In this document: positions 11,403 through 24,036 of the stretch, piece after piece
Layout: the number at the start of each line of letters is the position of its first letter
Numbering within the stretch: the first letter of the stretch is position 1
Assembly (NCBI GenBank): GCA_030264375.1
Contig: JASCQW010000081.1
Location: 92,181,768 to 92,245,767, forward strand
Length of the DNA: 64,000 nucleotides
From: Carcharhinus longimanus
Taxonomy: Eukaryota
Reading direction: 5' to 3'
Translations under genes and position numbers: made by a program
Notes under the pieces: generated by a model
The model's database searches: none
What the model was told of the DNA's origin: nothing
What the model saw: only the letters and a program-made list of their open reading frames with translations

Positions 11403-12140
11403 ATACAACCAGGAAGAATGCTTTCTATGGTGCATCTGTAAAAGTTGGTGAGAGTAGTAGCAGACATGCCAAATTTCCTTGGCCTCCTGGGAACGTAAAG
11501 GCGTTGGTGGGCTTTCTTAACTGTAGTGTCGGCGTGGAGGAACCAGGACAAGTCACTTTCCGTAGGTTGACTTTTGAGAAGGCTGCTCTGACATCTGCGA
11601 TGGTAAGCTCAGATAGCGGTTTGTCCGAGGCTTCTGGGGTGGAGGGCTTGCTCTTGCTGACCTCTTGCTCAAAATGGATGTAGAATGCATTGAGCTCATC
11701 AGGGAGAGATGCATTGGTGCTGGCGATTTTACATGCCTTCATCTTGTAGCATGTCTTGCAGACATTGCCATAGTTGGTGGGAGTCCATGTGCCTAGCCTG
11801 GGACTCTAGCTTGGTCCGGTACTGTCTTTTGGCATCTTTGATGTATCTTCATGGATCATATTTGGATTCTTGTATAGATCAGGGTCTGACTTGAATGCCT
11901 CAGACCTGGACTTCAGCAAGCAGTCGATATCCCTGTTCATCCATGGTTTCCGTTTGGGAAACACATGGATTTGCTTCTTTGGCACACAGTCTTCTACACA
12001 CTTACTAATGAAGTCAGTTCAGGTTGGCTGCTGAGTTTTTAAAATATTGACCAGTCTACTGACTCGAAGCAGTCCTGTAGGAGATCGTCCGATTCCTCAG
12101 ACTAACATTGCACAACTTTCTTTAAGGGATTCTTCCAGAT
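11403..12140 (-). mobile_element. Rex1/Babar LINE ORF fragment (internally deleted)
   Basis: NASLPDELNAFYIHFEQ...IADVRAAFSKVNLRK in ORF 11425-11742; FPNGNHG/DCFESVDW-like remnants upstream. Confidence 0.8.
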
Positions 12141-12750
12141 CCCACAGTGGAACCCAACTTGGTAGATCCTATCTTGTATTTTTTGGTTAGATACGTGGGA
12201 GGTGGCTACTAAGTAGAGTCACAGGACTCTGAACAAAAGAATAAACATTTACTTGAAAAGATTAACTTGATACACAACTCCTTTGCCCCACTTGACCTTC
12301 ACAGACGTTTACAGATTCCTAAGGATGACACAAGTCACAGAATCTGTCTTGCATGCTCATGTCCTCAGTCAGTACACAGTCCATGTAAACCAATGGGCAA
12401 ACCATGATCAGACACTCCACTTTCTGAAACCAAGTGGCAGATGTCACACAAAACAACTTCCACGGATTTCTCAGCAATTTACCCCAGGCACTTGTGATCA
12501 CCTGGTTTCTCTGGAACTCTGTCTTCCACACAAGGATTTCCTATCTCCACTCTTAAAGTATGCATCTTGGAATCTTCTCTGAAACAATATTTCTTTTGTA
12601 TGTTTTCACCAAGAACCTGCCTCCGGATTTCAACCTCTGCTCTGAGGATTCCTTTGCCCTGGGCTTTGCCTTCCACTCGGACACTGAGCTACCTTATTCC
12701 TAGCACACACATGATATAAATAATTTAATACCATATATATTTCTTAACAT
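12140..12750 (-). mobile_element. Probable solo-LTR-like remnant
   Basis: The minus strand starts TGTTAAG. It is non-coding, with aaatgtttattct and ...gttccactgtgggatctg motifs resembling shark Gypsy-type LTR ends (recalled, unverified). Confidence 0.4.
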
Positions 12751-13914
12751 TAGTAGTGGCGAGGTACTTGCTGTATATTTTGGAGAAATGGAAGTTGTGG
12801 GATCTCCTGAATTTTTTCCAGAAGGCTTTTTTGCCACAATATGAGACTGATAGTCTATTTGTTAGAAGGACTAGTTGCAGTTTGATATTTGCTGTCATGG
12901 CCGGATTAAATAAAATGCTAAAATAATTATATGTTAGCTAGCTTGGTGTGAGAAGAATTAAACATATAATGACCACAATATTCTCCCACGGATTAACAGA
13001 ATGCTTCAGTTGATCTGCATTTTGTTTGCATATAAGCTGCACTTTCAACTTTTGCAGTTAATTTAGAAGGCCGTTTTTGTTCTACATCTTGTTGGTTCCA
13101 TAGCTGAAGCACTTGAATCAATGTGCAATCTCCAGTTTCTCAGTTTTTAGACAGCTGTAGAGGAAGCAGGATTGGATGTTTAATAAGAAGTAGGAAAGGG
13201 GTCAAAGTCTCAATTGGGCATAATTTTTATTTCAACTTATTAATTTTTTGTTTGATGGCTGGGTGACCCAGTGCTCCACCAGCTCCCACATGAAATGCCG
13301 CTTCAGGTAAAAAAAAAAATACTGAACCTTGTACCTAAAACTGCCAGGGAAGCTAATTAAGAGCAAAGTTTTGAAGTTGAGAATCACCATTAAATCTTGA
13401 ATGAGTAATTTGCAGAATCATCATCATTCGCAACCTATCCTGAGGATGATTCTTCCTTGCAGATGGTTTGGTTTAAGTGAAGTGCCAGTTTTTGGCTGTT
13501 GGTTTATGGATGACCTGTGAGCCCAACCATAGCCTTGTAGGGATTCCCGTCAACTGTCAGAGGTGGTGGCAGATTGTCGGCGCTCTTTCTATCTCTCTCA
13601 CCAATTGCAGTGAGAACACATTGTTGGTATCAAGCAGCAAATCAAACCCATTGTGAATGAGATAGTTTCATTTATTGCCCTTTTGCTGATGGCTGAAGAG
13701 ATTACTCTGTGAGAGACACGCTGTGTCACAAATGTGTGTTTAGTGTTGACACCTGTTGCCAATGGTTGCACATGCCAGCACAATAGGTACTGATAACATT
13801 TCCCTCTGTCATTGGCTACTATCTCCCAGGAACAAAACTCAATATTCAGGGCCTTTTATGTCATGCTTGTAAACTAGAAGCTGAGCTTTAGGCTTCCTAC
13901 TAGTCTTCTCTACC

Positions 13915-14041
13915 ATGATGTGGAGGTGCTGACGTTGGACTGGGGTAAGCACAGTAAGAAATCTCACAACATCAGGTTAAAGTCCAACAGGTTAATTTGG
14001 CAGCACGAGCTTTCGGAGTGCTGCTCTTTCATCAGGCTGCC
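13915..14041 (-). mobile_element. Penelope-like pseudo-LTR fragment with a minimal hammerhead motif
   Basis: gatgtggagg..g.cgttggactggggtaagcacagtaagaa.tctcacaac..caggttaaagtccaacag, also at 14548 and 45880. The minus strand contains CTGATGA-N14-GAAAGCTC. Confidence 0.65.
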
Positions 14042-14547
14042 AGCCATGCCATACAGAAAGTCCTTGGCCACACATAGTTTTTCCAACTTGCTAAATGCCC
14101 AAGCTAGCAAAGTCACCTCTGCTTGGTGACATGCCATTAGAGGTCGGAAATTTGACTTGAGAGGACTGCTGCATTCGTGCTTTTGATTTTTCACGAACGC
14201 TCGAAATGAAGTGGCAGCGATGAAGATGAAAGATGCTCAGAAGAAGTGTCAGATGGACTTGAAATATTAAGTCAGTTTCTCTCTTCACAAATGCTACCAG
14301 ACCTGCTGAGTTTATATTTCAGATTTCCAGAAACTGCAGGATTTTGCTTTTATAATGTATAAGTTGTTGAACTTTCTTTCTTGATAGCTGTAAGTTGTCC
14401 TAGTTTCACAGTCACAGAGCAAGGTGCTGAGAACATGCCTTATAAAATGACATTTTGGTCGTAGAATCAGTCTTGATGTTATTCCATGCACATTTCATAA
14501 GTTAGACAAAATAAGCAGCTGCTTTCCCAATGTGTGCATTAAGTTCT

Positions 14548-14662
14548 GATGTGGAGATGCCGGCGTTGAACTGGGGTAAGCACAGTAAGAGGTCTCAGCA
14601 CCAGGTTAAAGTCAAATAAACTGTTTGGACTTTAACCTGGTGTTGTGAGACTTCGTACTATA
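14548..14662. mobile_element. Short palindromic Penelope-derived element
   Basis: caccaggttaaagtc...gactttaacctggtg inverted arms. Confidence 0.7.
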
Positions 14663-14747
14663 TTAAGTTTTGCATTGAGAGAGAGTTTGTCATGTTGGAC
14701 CTGAATTAGCCAATTGGGATGTTGTTTAGCATGATCAAAGGCTCAGA

Positions 14748-15245
14748 TAGAGTCATGGAGGTTTACAGCATGGAATTAGGCCCTTCGGCCCAACTTGTCC
14801 ATGCTGCCCCTTTTGTTCACCCCTAAGCTAGTTCCAATTGCGCACGTTTGGCCCGGATCCCTCTATACCCATTTTACCCATGTAATTGTCTAAACTTTTA
14901 AAAGACAAAAGATAGCCTCTACTACTATCTCTGGCAGCTTGTTCCAGATACTGACCACCCTCTGTGTGAAATAATTGCTCCTCTAGACACTTTTGTATCT
15001 CTCTGCTCTCACCTTAAACCTATGCCCTCTAGTTTTAGACTCCCTTACCTTTTGGAACAGATATTGACTATCAAGTTGATCTGTGCCCCTCATTATTTTA
15101 TCGACCTCGAAAAGTCTTCTATGCCCCAGAGAAAAAAGTCCCAGTCTACCCAGTCTCTTCTTAGAACTCAAACTATCAAGTCTGGGTAGCATTTTAGTAA
15201 ATCTTTTCTGCACCCTTTCTAGTTTAATAGCATGCTTTCTATAAT
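14748..15245 (-). mobile_element. CR1 (HER1-like) LINE 3' end
   Basis: ORF 14983-15297 YRKHAIKLERVQKRFTKMLPRLD...KTRGHRFKV, plus the conserved tail. Confidence 0.92.
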
Positions 15246-15499
15246 CGTTCTGAAATCTTAACTGACCATTTAATAAGATAAGCTGTCTGTTTATCACTTT
15301 TCACCTCTTGCTGGGCATATCAGAACATGCCAAATCACAAGGAAACAAAGGAATTTCACTACTTCCGCCGTCCACTCGGCAACAGCTAAGCAGCCGGGGG
15401 AAACGCATCATTAAGACGAAAATTAAAATGTCAAGAAAATGGATGTAGATGAAGCAGGAGAAGACACTGAGTTAAGGCCATGCCTTCGGACTGAACGCA

Positions 15500-17315
15500 C
15501 ATGACATGACTCTGTCTCGGTGCGATTGCATTCTTCTTCAAATGTGGTGACTACGTATTTTGGAGGAGTTAGTGCCGCTAGTATGCCAGGCTTTTTATGT
15601 GATTTGGTTCAATTCATTATTGTCACATGTATTGGTACACATCGAAAAGCATTGTTTTTTGCGCGCTGTATGAATGGCCCTTCGTGCAAAATAATTTCCA
15701 GGTCTCAGACAGGGGCCCACCGCTAAGGAACGAAGGACATGTGGATCGGCGGACAGTTGAATGGAAGGGCTGGGGTTGGGCCGCAATCCTTGGGACTCTG
15801 GAGTCCCCGGCTAGGTTAACTCCACACCAATTGTTATTGCGGCATGTGCGACTTTAATCAATTGGCATTTATGTTTCATTTCCCAGATTTGGGCTTCTGA
15901 AAACCCGGAACAAGACAGCATGAGATACATGGTGACAAATTGGTCAAATTGATCAGTCTTTTTTTCCTTTGTTAATTACATATTCAACCATGTTTTCGAC
16001 GTTTACTTTGAAACATGAAAAATGTCCCCACGAAGTTCGCAGGAGAAACAGCATCTAAGCTGATTGATTGCACGTCTGACACTGCTAAATTGGGATGTGG
16101 TGCTGTAGTTGAACAAAATAAAATCTCATGTGACATGGCAATCTATACCCTGCTGATCGTTACAATGCAGGAGGAGGTTCTTCGGCCCATTGGGTTTGCA
16201 ATGTCCCCCTGAAAGAGCATCCTACCTAATTCCACTCCCCTGCCTTGTACATTCTTTTTTTGTTTTTAGATAGATTCCCTTTCTAATACCTTCATCGAAC
16301 CTGTCATTGTATATTGTACACTCCAACCATTCGCTGTGTGAGAACAAACATGCCCACGTCACTTCAGACCCTTTTGCCTAATATTTCGAATCTGTGCTGT
16401 TTAGGTCTTGATGCTCTCTCTGGAGGGAACAGTTATTCACTATTTGCCCGGCCCGTTGCCTTTAGGACCCTGAATCCATCTATCAAATCTTCTCTTAGTC
16501 TTTATTTTCTGTAAGGAAAACACATGCAATATCTCTGAACTATCCTCATGGATGCAGCTTTTCCTCTTAGAATCACTAACGGGAATCTCTTCTGTGCCCT
16601 ATCCAATGCTTGCATATCATTCCTTCATTGAGTATTCTATCGATGATAAAGAGGTTAGAGAACGAGTACTGCTGCGAAGTTAGAACGTTTAAGACTTTAT
16701 CAAAATAGCTAGCTACCCATTTTACTATTAATCCTGACCACAGAATCCAATGATGTGTGGAAAAATGATATATGCACGATTAATCACCATGTAGTAAATT
16801 AGTTTTGACATTGAGTGCCAACTCCTTCCCAATAAGTTGTGATTTATATACTCTGAATCGACTTCTATGGGAAAGTTATCTGTCTGGCTCACGTTTCCTT
16901 TGATAGACGGGTGGCGCCGGGGGTTGGTGGGGGTACGGGGAAGGGGGTCGACGAGGGTGGGGGGATCGTGGGGTGGGGAGGAGGGGCGGTTATCAATACA
17001 TATTAATCCAAGCCGCTAATAAACTCCACCAGAGTAAAAATAAGAAAATTACTATGGACGCTGTGACTTGAAAGGAAAAAGTAGAAACCAGGAGCATCTC
17101 AGCGGGTCTGACAGCATTTCTGGAAAGAGAATAGTGCTAACATTGGAGCTAACGTAGGAACTATGCTGATGGATGGAATTGTTCAGGTCTTCGTTGACGG
17201 TGTCGAGTGTTAGAGTGATCGTTGCAGATCCTTAATTAGCGGAAAGATTCAAACATACACCAAGAATTTCGTTCACCACTCTGTGACTAAGGTTGCAGCC
17301 AGAGTCATGGATACT
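15500..17315 (-). pseudogene. NLR unit C: decayed NACHT exon, fragmented by CR1 and Penelope pieces; may continue near 12800-13100
   Basis: IKDLQRSL*HSTPSTKT*TI at about 17177-17236 (cf. LKDVQQKHKETLRAQTETLRV); DSEYINHNLLGRSWH at about 16815-16862 (cf. DRTLVEHELLARGRDH); IKSLAY*RH*LL..YVVTT at about 15545-15598 (cf. VYSLIQHKLLPGCSVLVTT). Confidence 0.6.
16160..16630 (-). mobile_element. Degenerate CR1 3' fragment
   Basis: caatgcaggaggaggttcttcggcccat tail, then tctatcaaatcttctcttagtct (reverse of LRGDLI). Confidence 0.6.
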
Positions 17316-17554
17316 CTGTTAAGTCCCAGATGTAATATTCATCAACATAATTAGTTATAACTGTTTGAATATGACTTGATTCTATGACAATCAAAAAAAT
17401 GAAACGAAATATGAATGATATTTTAAAGAATCGCCATATACAATATAATACTTTACCAAGCTGTAGACGCAATCTCTCGTTCTCTGAAAAAGAAAGTTGA
17501 AAGAATAAGGAAAACCTCAACTTTATTCAGTTCAAATAATTCCTTCGCACTTAC

Positions 17555-17587
17555 CAAGGTTATATTTCCACGAGTAATAGAGGCTTA
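17555..17587 (-). CDS. Candidate 33-nt phase 1-1 microexon (V)SLYYSWKYNL, unit C
   Basis: Strong donor CTTG|gtaagt; the acceptor cactag is weak and an alternative acceptor at 17643-17644 exists. Confidence 0.3.
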
Positions 17588-17714
17588 CTAGTGTTTGGTG
17601 AAAATCTTTCGTGTTCACAGGGTCCTCTTTTAATCTAGGCCTCTGAAAGGAATGTATCAAGAAACAAATAAAACGGAGAGATGGAATTCCACCCTTAGTA
17701 ACTATTCATCTTAC

Positions 17715-17732
17715 CTTTTTTAAGTGCATCAG
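17715..17732 (-). CDS. Candidate 18-nt microexon (A)DALKK, unit C
   Basis: ctgtttcttctcacag|CTGATGCACTTAAAAAAG|gtaaga: very strong splice signals. Confidence 0.45.
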
Positions 17733-17949
17733 CTGTGAGAAGAAACAGAGATGTTATGTTATGACTGCAGATTGAAGTCATGGGGTGAAGATCTGTTTGG
17801 CATTTGTTCAAGAAAAGTGCTTCAGCTTGGCAACATTATAGTTCTCAAACATGCTGGCGTTTGGCAGCCACATAAATCTCACCATTTTCCTTTTCAAAGA
17901 GAGTTATTTTTGTTTACAAAATCTATAATATCATAATGACACGCATTGA

Positions 17950-18430
17950 CAAGGAGGGTTTACCAGGCTGATTCCTGGGATGGCAGGTGTGTCAAATGAG
18001 GGCAGACTAAGTTGACTAGCATTATATTCACTGGAGTTTAGAAAAGTGGAAGGGATCTCATAGAAACTTGTGAAATTCTAAGGGGGTTAGACAAGGGAGA
18101 TTCAGGAAGAATATTCAAAATGGTGGGGGAGTCCAGGACCAGGGGTCATAGTTTGAAGATAATGGGTAAATCTTCTAGAATTGAGGTGAGGAAAAATTTC
18201 TTCACCAGATAGTGTTGAATTCATAGAATTCACTACCACAGAATGTAGTTGAGGCCAAAGCTTTGTCTAATTTCAAAAATAAATTAGATATACCTCTAGG
18301 AGCTAAAAGGATCAAGAGATATGGGGGAAGGAAGGATCAGGGCTTTGAATTAGATGATTAGCCATGATAAAAATGAGTGGCGGAGCAGGCTTGAAGGACC
18401 TAATGGGCACCTCCTTTTTCTTGTTTCTGT
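17950..18430 (+). mobile_element. CR1 LINE ORF2 3' end
   Basis: RRVYQADSWDG/FTRLIPGM-like, tattcactggagtttag, gagtccaggaccaggggtcatagt (TRGHS). Confidence 0.8.
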
Positions 18431-18569
18431 TTTCCTATTTTTTTTTCTCTGAATATGTGGTAAAAATTACACACGTGGACACCTGATGTTGCAATGGTTT
18501 CACTGATTAACGACCATGACAGTTTACAGTTTCACATCATTACAATCGCAACATATAGACCAATGGTGA

Positions 18570-18960
18570 TGTAATCCAGGATTGAATTTGAGTGTCAATC
18601 TTGGAAAGAGCTAACTTGATTTTCTGCCCTGTAGAACACAATTCATAATTCTGAGGTGTGCCAGACCAGCTAGGAAAATTAGAAAGTGCTATCTCTGCAA
18701 GATCTGCTTGAAACATCCAATCAGTCTGAAGTGGCTTCAGCAAATTATCATAGAGAAAGCTATTAATTTACCCAATAGTTCGTGCATAGATTTAATGCTG
18801 CAATCCCGAAAAACAAGGCAAGGCCGGACCTTCCTGACAATTCTCCATGATCAGGTGAATGATGCAAGTACATACAACGAAGAGTGGAATATTGGTTGGA
18901 ATAATCTGCACCATTATGCTCATTGCTCGTAATTTCAAATTGTGTGATCCGTGGCAATGG
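18570..18960 (-). pseudogene. NLR unit C: decayed CARD-like exon
   Basis: RITQFEITSNEH (cf. AITEFL..CDD) and ...LSKIDTQIQS (cf. PKLDKILKEIQE); lies upstream of the microexons and NACHT exon as in other units. Confidence 0.4.
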
Positions 18961-19089
18961 GTGAGCCGCTTTGCTGAATATGTGTGCACAGATACTGTAT
19001 AATCTAACTTAGTATCGATGGTATCTGTATATATAGGCCTTATAAGTTATTGCATCCTTGTAAGGATTGTTATGCTTTAAATTCAGTCA

Positions 19090-19395
19090 TAGGTGTCGCT
19101 GGCTGGCCAACATTTATCGCCCATTCCTATGTGCCGTTGAGAAAGTGGTGGTGAGCTACCTTCTTGAAACGCTGCAGTCCACGTGCTGTGGGTTGATCCA
19201 GAATGTCATTAGGGAGGGAGTTCAAAGATTTTGGCCCAGCGACTGTCAGTATGGTGATTGGCTTGGAGGGAAATTTGCAGGTGGTGGTGTTCCCATGTAT
19301 GTGCCTGCCCTCGTCCTTCTGGCTGGAATTTGTCATGGGGTTGGAAGGTACTGTTTAAGGAGCTTTGGTGAATTTTTGCAGTACCTTTTGTAGAT
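19090..19395 (-). mobile_element. Shark L2/CR1-clade LINE 3' end
   Basis: gtcgctggctggccaacatttatcgcccat...gagctaccttcttgaa..gggagttc motif; copies at 35765-36440 and 38810-39245. Confidence 0.75.
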
Positions 19396-19559
19396 TAGAT
19401 TCAAATCGAAATTGTTAATATCATTTGATGCTCTAACGTCCGTGGGAATGATATCAATTAATTGGAAAATATAAAATGGAAGATGACTACTGCAAGGGAT
19501 GAATTTGATTTGCTACCGATTTGCTTGAAACATAATCAACTAGCATTATCTGCGGGATG

Positions 19560-19850
19560 AAAAATAGGCAGTATTTCCTTTGTGTCGAAGATGATATCAC
19601 AAAGGTCATAGAATCAATTTCATTTTGAAATGTGAGGCCACACAATTCGCAAATTACATTTTTTTCCTTTTGGAAACAGAATTTGTCCCAGAGCGGTTTA
19701 TCGAAGGAAAACTGATGCCAATCTCTTGAAATGGGGCTGCAATCTATTAGATAACACAGAAAAATGAGCAAATTAACTGATGGATTGAGATTATTTAAAA
19801 ATAGATCAGCTCTTAACAGGCGATGTACTCCTTGGCGGGCACTTTGCTGC
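19560..19850 (-). pseudogene. NLR unit D: HD2 end of the NACHT exon
   Basis: ORF 19487-19852: VNLLIFLCYLIDCS (cf. RSLLNTLHYLFESQ) and ELCGLTFQNEIDSMTFVISSS (cf. SFSGMTLTPIDCAVLSHVIGLC). Confidence 0.55.
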
Positions 19851-20366
19851 AAAAGTATTTATTGATCCTTTTCAACGTCTGCTCGAGATATTTTTAGCCT
19901 TGGCTTATTTGGTAGAACACGGGTAATTGATCCAGAAGTTAAGAGTAAAATTTCTACTCCCTTTGTTAGAAGCTACAATTTAGGCCAATGCATCACTGAG
20001 GGAAAACTACACAGATGGTTGCGCCATATCTTGGATACGTCATTAAAATTAGTCCTCGTTTTTACTTTGCGGTGAATGAAAGCTGCAAAGGTACTCGTTA
20101 GACGAAGAGCTGGGGTATTCTTCTGGTGAGATCGACTTACTATTTACCTCGGAACAAATCAGACCAAAAAGATTCACATATCCGTTGTATAATTCCTGTT
20201 TGTTGGAGGTTGATGCTCATGAAATGATTATTAGCCTTTCCACAGTAGCAAGTTTGATTTCGTTCCAAAGTTATTTTGTAATGCATATAACGCTCTCTGA
20301 AGTCGTGAGTTTGTGAAAATTGTTATACCAGCAGTAAACTTCCTTTAATGCCATTCATTGCCATTG

Positions 20367-20530
20367 GGGCGGCACGGTGGCACAAATGGATAACTGCTGA
20401 CTCATAGCACTAGGTCACAGAGTTCGCTTCCACTCTTACGTGCCCCTCTGCATGGAATTAGAGTTGACGATGTTAAAGCTCTCCTTAGCTTCCAAAGATG
20501 TGTAGTTTAGGTGGATTAACCATTAACCCG
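20367..20530 (+). mobile_element. Degenerate HE1-like SINE
   Basis: gggcggcacggtggcaca head; tccaaagatgtgtagtttaggtggatt core. Confidence 0.65.
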
Positions 20531-21065
20531 TCGCTTGCCGCTGAAGGAGATAACAATTTCGATGATTATATCTGCTGGTTTTGACTTACTGATTGAGACA
20601 ACTGCTGGAGTTGCTCCACATGGGAGGAATGTTCCCTTTCCGGAATACAATATTAAGCATATGTTCTGACCTCTGGTACAAATCAGCTGTGTTCCAAACT
20701 ATTCCAAAATCAACACTTTGTTGGCTCAACTTCTTGGTTGTTCTGCCTTCTACTGAATCTAATGGTAATGGTTGACAATGTCAATATTGCAGATATATTA
20801 TTCGGAATAAAAAAAAGAGGGGTTATAAATTACGGGATGGTTTAATATAAAGAGGTAGATAGACCAATTGTTCTGTCCACTCACATTACAAATCGCACAT
20901 AAACGTGAATAGCGAACATAAATTTTACGATTAGCGAATGAGGGTCAATAAATTATTTATGCATTTCTGTAGAATTCCTAACGTTAATGTGTGCTGTTCA
21001 CATCATTCTAATCAATGGAGAACATTCCCCTTTCTCAGAATTGCAGTTATCCATGAAAGTTCAGG

Positions 21066-21126
21066 TAGATAGATAGATAGATAGATAGATAAATATATAG
21101 ATATATAGATAGACAGACAGACAGAC
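21066..21126. repeat. (GATA)n/(GACA)n microsatellite
   Basis: tagatagatagatagatagatagat...agacagacagacagac seen directly. Confidence 0.95.
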
Positions 21127-21249
21127 AAATACAGATGTTGCGAGCTTTGTGAAATCTTCTCTGTTCCTGTTCTATTCAGCCTTCTCCCACAGTGCTTTTT
21201 CCGTTGGGTGATGATTATTTCAGTACCCATTTGTTCGCTTACTTATAGC

Positions 21250-22255
21250 TAGAAAATACATCAAATTTGCTTCAATTTCTACTCTCCGTGTTCTCTCAAC
21301 AGCACCCGGCGCATTTCCGAATCTTCCCCTTCCTTTGTCGACTTCTCTGTCTCACCTCCGGGGATAGTTAGCCTAGCAATATTCCTTGTCCCTCAGACAC
21401 ATCTACAGTCACTTCAAATACAATCTCCCGCACACCTTTGTTCTATGAGCTCCAATCCATTGTTCCAGTTTCCTTGTCTCCAGCGCCGCTTTTCTGGTTT
21501 TTACTGACTTCCACAGTGGCACTTCCGGCATATTTTCCTTTTCCATGAACCGAGTATCCGCTTACACAATATTTGACAGGCGGCAATTTGCCTGTGCTTC
21601 TCTAAGTTTAGTAATTTGTATTCATAGTTCACAATTCGGCCTTCTCTGTACTGAGGAAATTAACGGCAAGTTGGCTGAAAGGTGTTGGAACAGCTTCGCT
21701 CAATGAGTAAGAATGCGATACTTCTCTTGTTGTCATGTTAATCGAATCACCCCTTGCACTCACACTTGCATTTCTGTCCAAGACCGGCTGTAGGGCTCCA
21801 GTGCGTCTCTAAGGAAGTTTAATGACACCATTTTCAAATTACACACTTCTGCAGTCTTGTGCAATTGTCAAAAGCTTCAGACTATGAAATATCGTTTTTT
21901 GTTTGTTTGCTCTCTGCCTTGAAGGGGGATCTTTTCTTCAGACCTAACATATCTTTTGGCCAGCGTTATCAACAATTCTGGGCAAGGGTTGTTTCCTTCC
22001 TATAACTAGTACCACTCCTTCGCTTTTTGTTCCATGCCATTGTTGCTTTTAAATTCGATCTCCAGTTACTCTATCACAGAATTTTCATTTTGTTCTACCT
22101 TCAGTTTCCCGTTTCAACAGGATTAGCGCCAAGACATTTCTACCTTTCTTCAATACTGAAGAAGACTCATTCGATTAGATAGATGACCTGTTTTCCCCCT
22201 CTCCACAGATACAGCCGGATCTGCTGGAGGTTTCGCAATATTTTCTGCTTACACT
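21250..22255 (+). mobile_element. Degenerate Penelope-like element (GIY-YIG endonuclease remnant and 3' end)
   Basis: About 21587-21690 translates FACASLSLVICIHSSQFGLLCTEEINGKLAER (cf. FTCTSSNLVYCIRCSQCGLLYIGETKRRLGDR). The tail is ctgaagaag...ctctccacagat..agcc.gatctgctg. Confidence 0.7.
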
Positions 22256-22399
22256 CAAGTTAGAGAGATAATAGGTAGGAAGACATAAATGCAGATTATA
22301 TGAGACAGAAGGAAAAGCAGGCTAAGGAGTGAACCGTGCATCAGGAAGAGGGTGAGAAACGGGGTGCGGGGGAGGGCCGAGAGAAAAAAAACAAAGCGT

Positions 22400-24036
22400 G
22401 GCCAACTTTATCGTACCGTTATAAGCGAGTAGTATGGATAAAACTGACCTCCAAAATGCCTCTTCAAATTGGCAGCCTATCTCAGGAACTGAATGATTTC
22501 GTGCCAAGCAAACGCTGCAAGGTTTTCCCACATTTATCACAATCATTTTGCATACTCACGATTTGTTAAAACACCTGCAACGGTAATCATTATCAGAGGT
22601 ATTAACACTGTCTTGCTTGTCATGTCAGTGTCCATGAGTCCATTTTGAAATGATTAACTGTATACAATTTTGATAAACTATTTCACCGACATTTCACACT
22701 GCTAATTTATGTTGAGACGTGCGGCATTATGTGTATTTTTGCTCGACTGTTGCTTGGCCTAATTTTATGGGAGACATAGGAATGAAGGCAAGTGACGTAG
22801 ATGAGCATACAGATATATGGATGGCAAATACGTAAATTAAAAACCACTGTCCAATAATAACTGTCTAATAATTACTGCTAATTCATTTAACATGTAGCCA
22901 TTCTCATGATATCGCATCGTTCTGAAAAAAATAACACTTACTGTCCATTCCTAATTAAGCACCCAAACTTGAATGCAATTTAATTGTCCGTTAGGCGAAG
23001 TTTGAAGGAGGTTTAGGGTCAATACGTTGGAACTGAGATCAGGATGAGGTATATGCCGCGTTAGCTGAGAACGCCAACGTTTCTGTTCAGTCGTACATGA
23101 TCGACTTGACTAATATTGATTCCCTTGTCGATGACTTATCATTCACCTGGCACGAGATGCTCATTCACTTTATAGGACACTAAATATCTGAAGCACGGTT
23201 GGGTAAGAGTTAAATAATATAACTAATGAACATAAATATGCTTTCTAGAATTAAAAAAAAAACAATCTTCTACAATGAAAATAAATCCACTGAAATAATT
23301 TGCTGGAAATGCAATGGCAAATGATTAAGTCATAATGTTGGAAGTACAAATGTCTTTCTAAAACACATTTTTATCTTAACAAACTAGAATCCTTCCCTCA
23401 GAGGTGGATGATAACAAAAATGTTGAAATTAAGTATTATAGTCCTTTTACCATCTCATTGATAATGATGCATAAGAATTCATTTACTGTGAAAGACAATG
23501 TCAACATGTCCGATGGTTAGAATACAGTCTTGGTACAATTAGGGTTGGTCTACGATTTTGCCCTGTGCATGCTCGCTGGTTTATCTAATACCTAGATCAG
23601 AAACTTGAGAATATGTCATATTCATTTCAGCATAATGTACAACAACATTTTTTGGACTCCTATTTTCTCTTTCGAAATATGAATTGTAACAACTGTCCAT
23701 ATAGCATATGAACTGATAAACATTGCCTCATTCCTCAATAATCACTTCATTTAAAGTATCCATCTGCATGACGATACTCGTCACATGAAACTAATCAGAA
23801 TCTTCAGTCCTATTTCAATTTTTGTTCCTGGAATGAAGTTTCCGACCATATTTCTGAAATTCTTTCGCCGCTGAATGTAGGTGCAATAATTTCATCGTTG
23901 CTTATTACTTGTCGTCTCTGTCATGGACACCCAAATTCAAACTCTCGATCGGATATAAAGTCTACTCCCTTGGAACGTCAATATGCTTCATCGAATCTTT
24001 CTTAAGAGCCGCATCATTTTCGTTCAGACAGCTTTG
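22400..24036 (-). pseudogene. NLR unit D: decayed FISNA-NACHT exon
   Basis: Acceptor ccattttcttttcag at 24037-24038. ALKKDSMKHIDVPRE*TLY (cf. HLKDVQQKHKETLRAQTET); IVYS..HF (cf. VVYTFPHL); GCQFEEAFWRSV (cf. GRFEVFLRFV). DNA similarity to unit G at 46130-46170. Confidence 0.6.
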
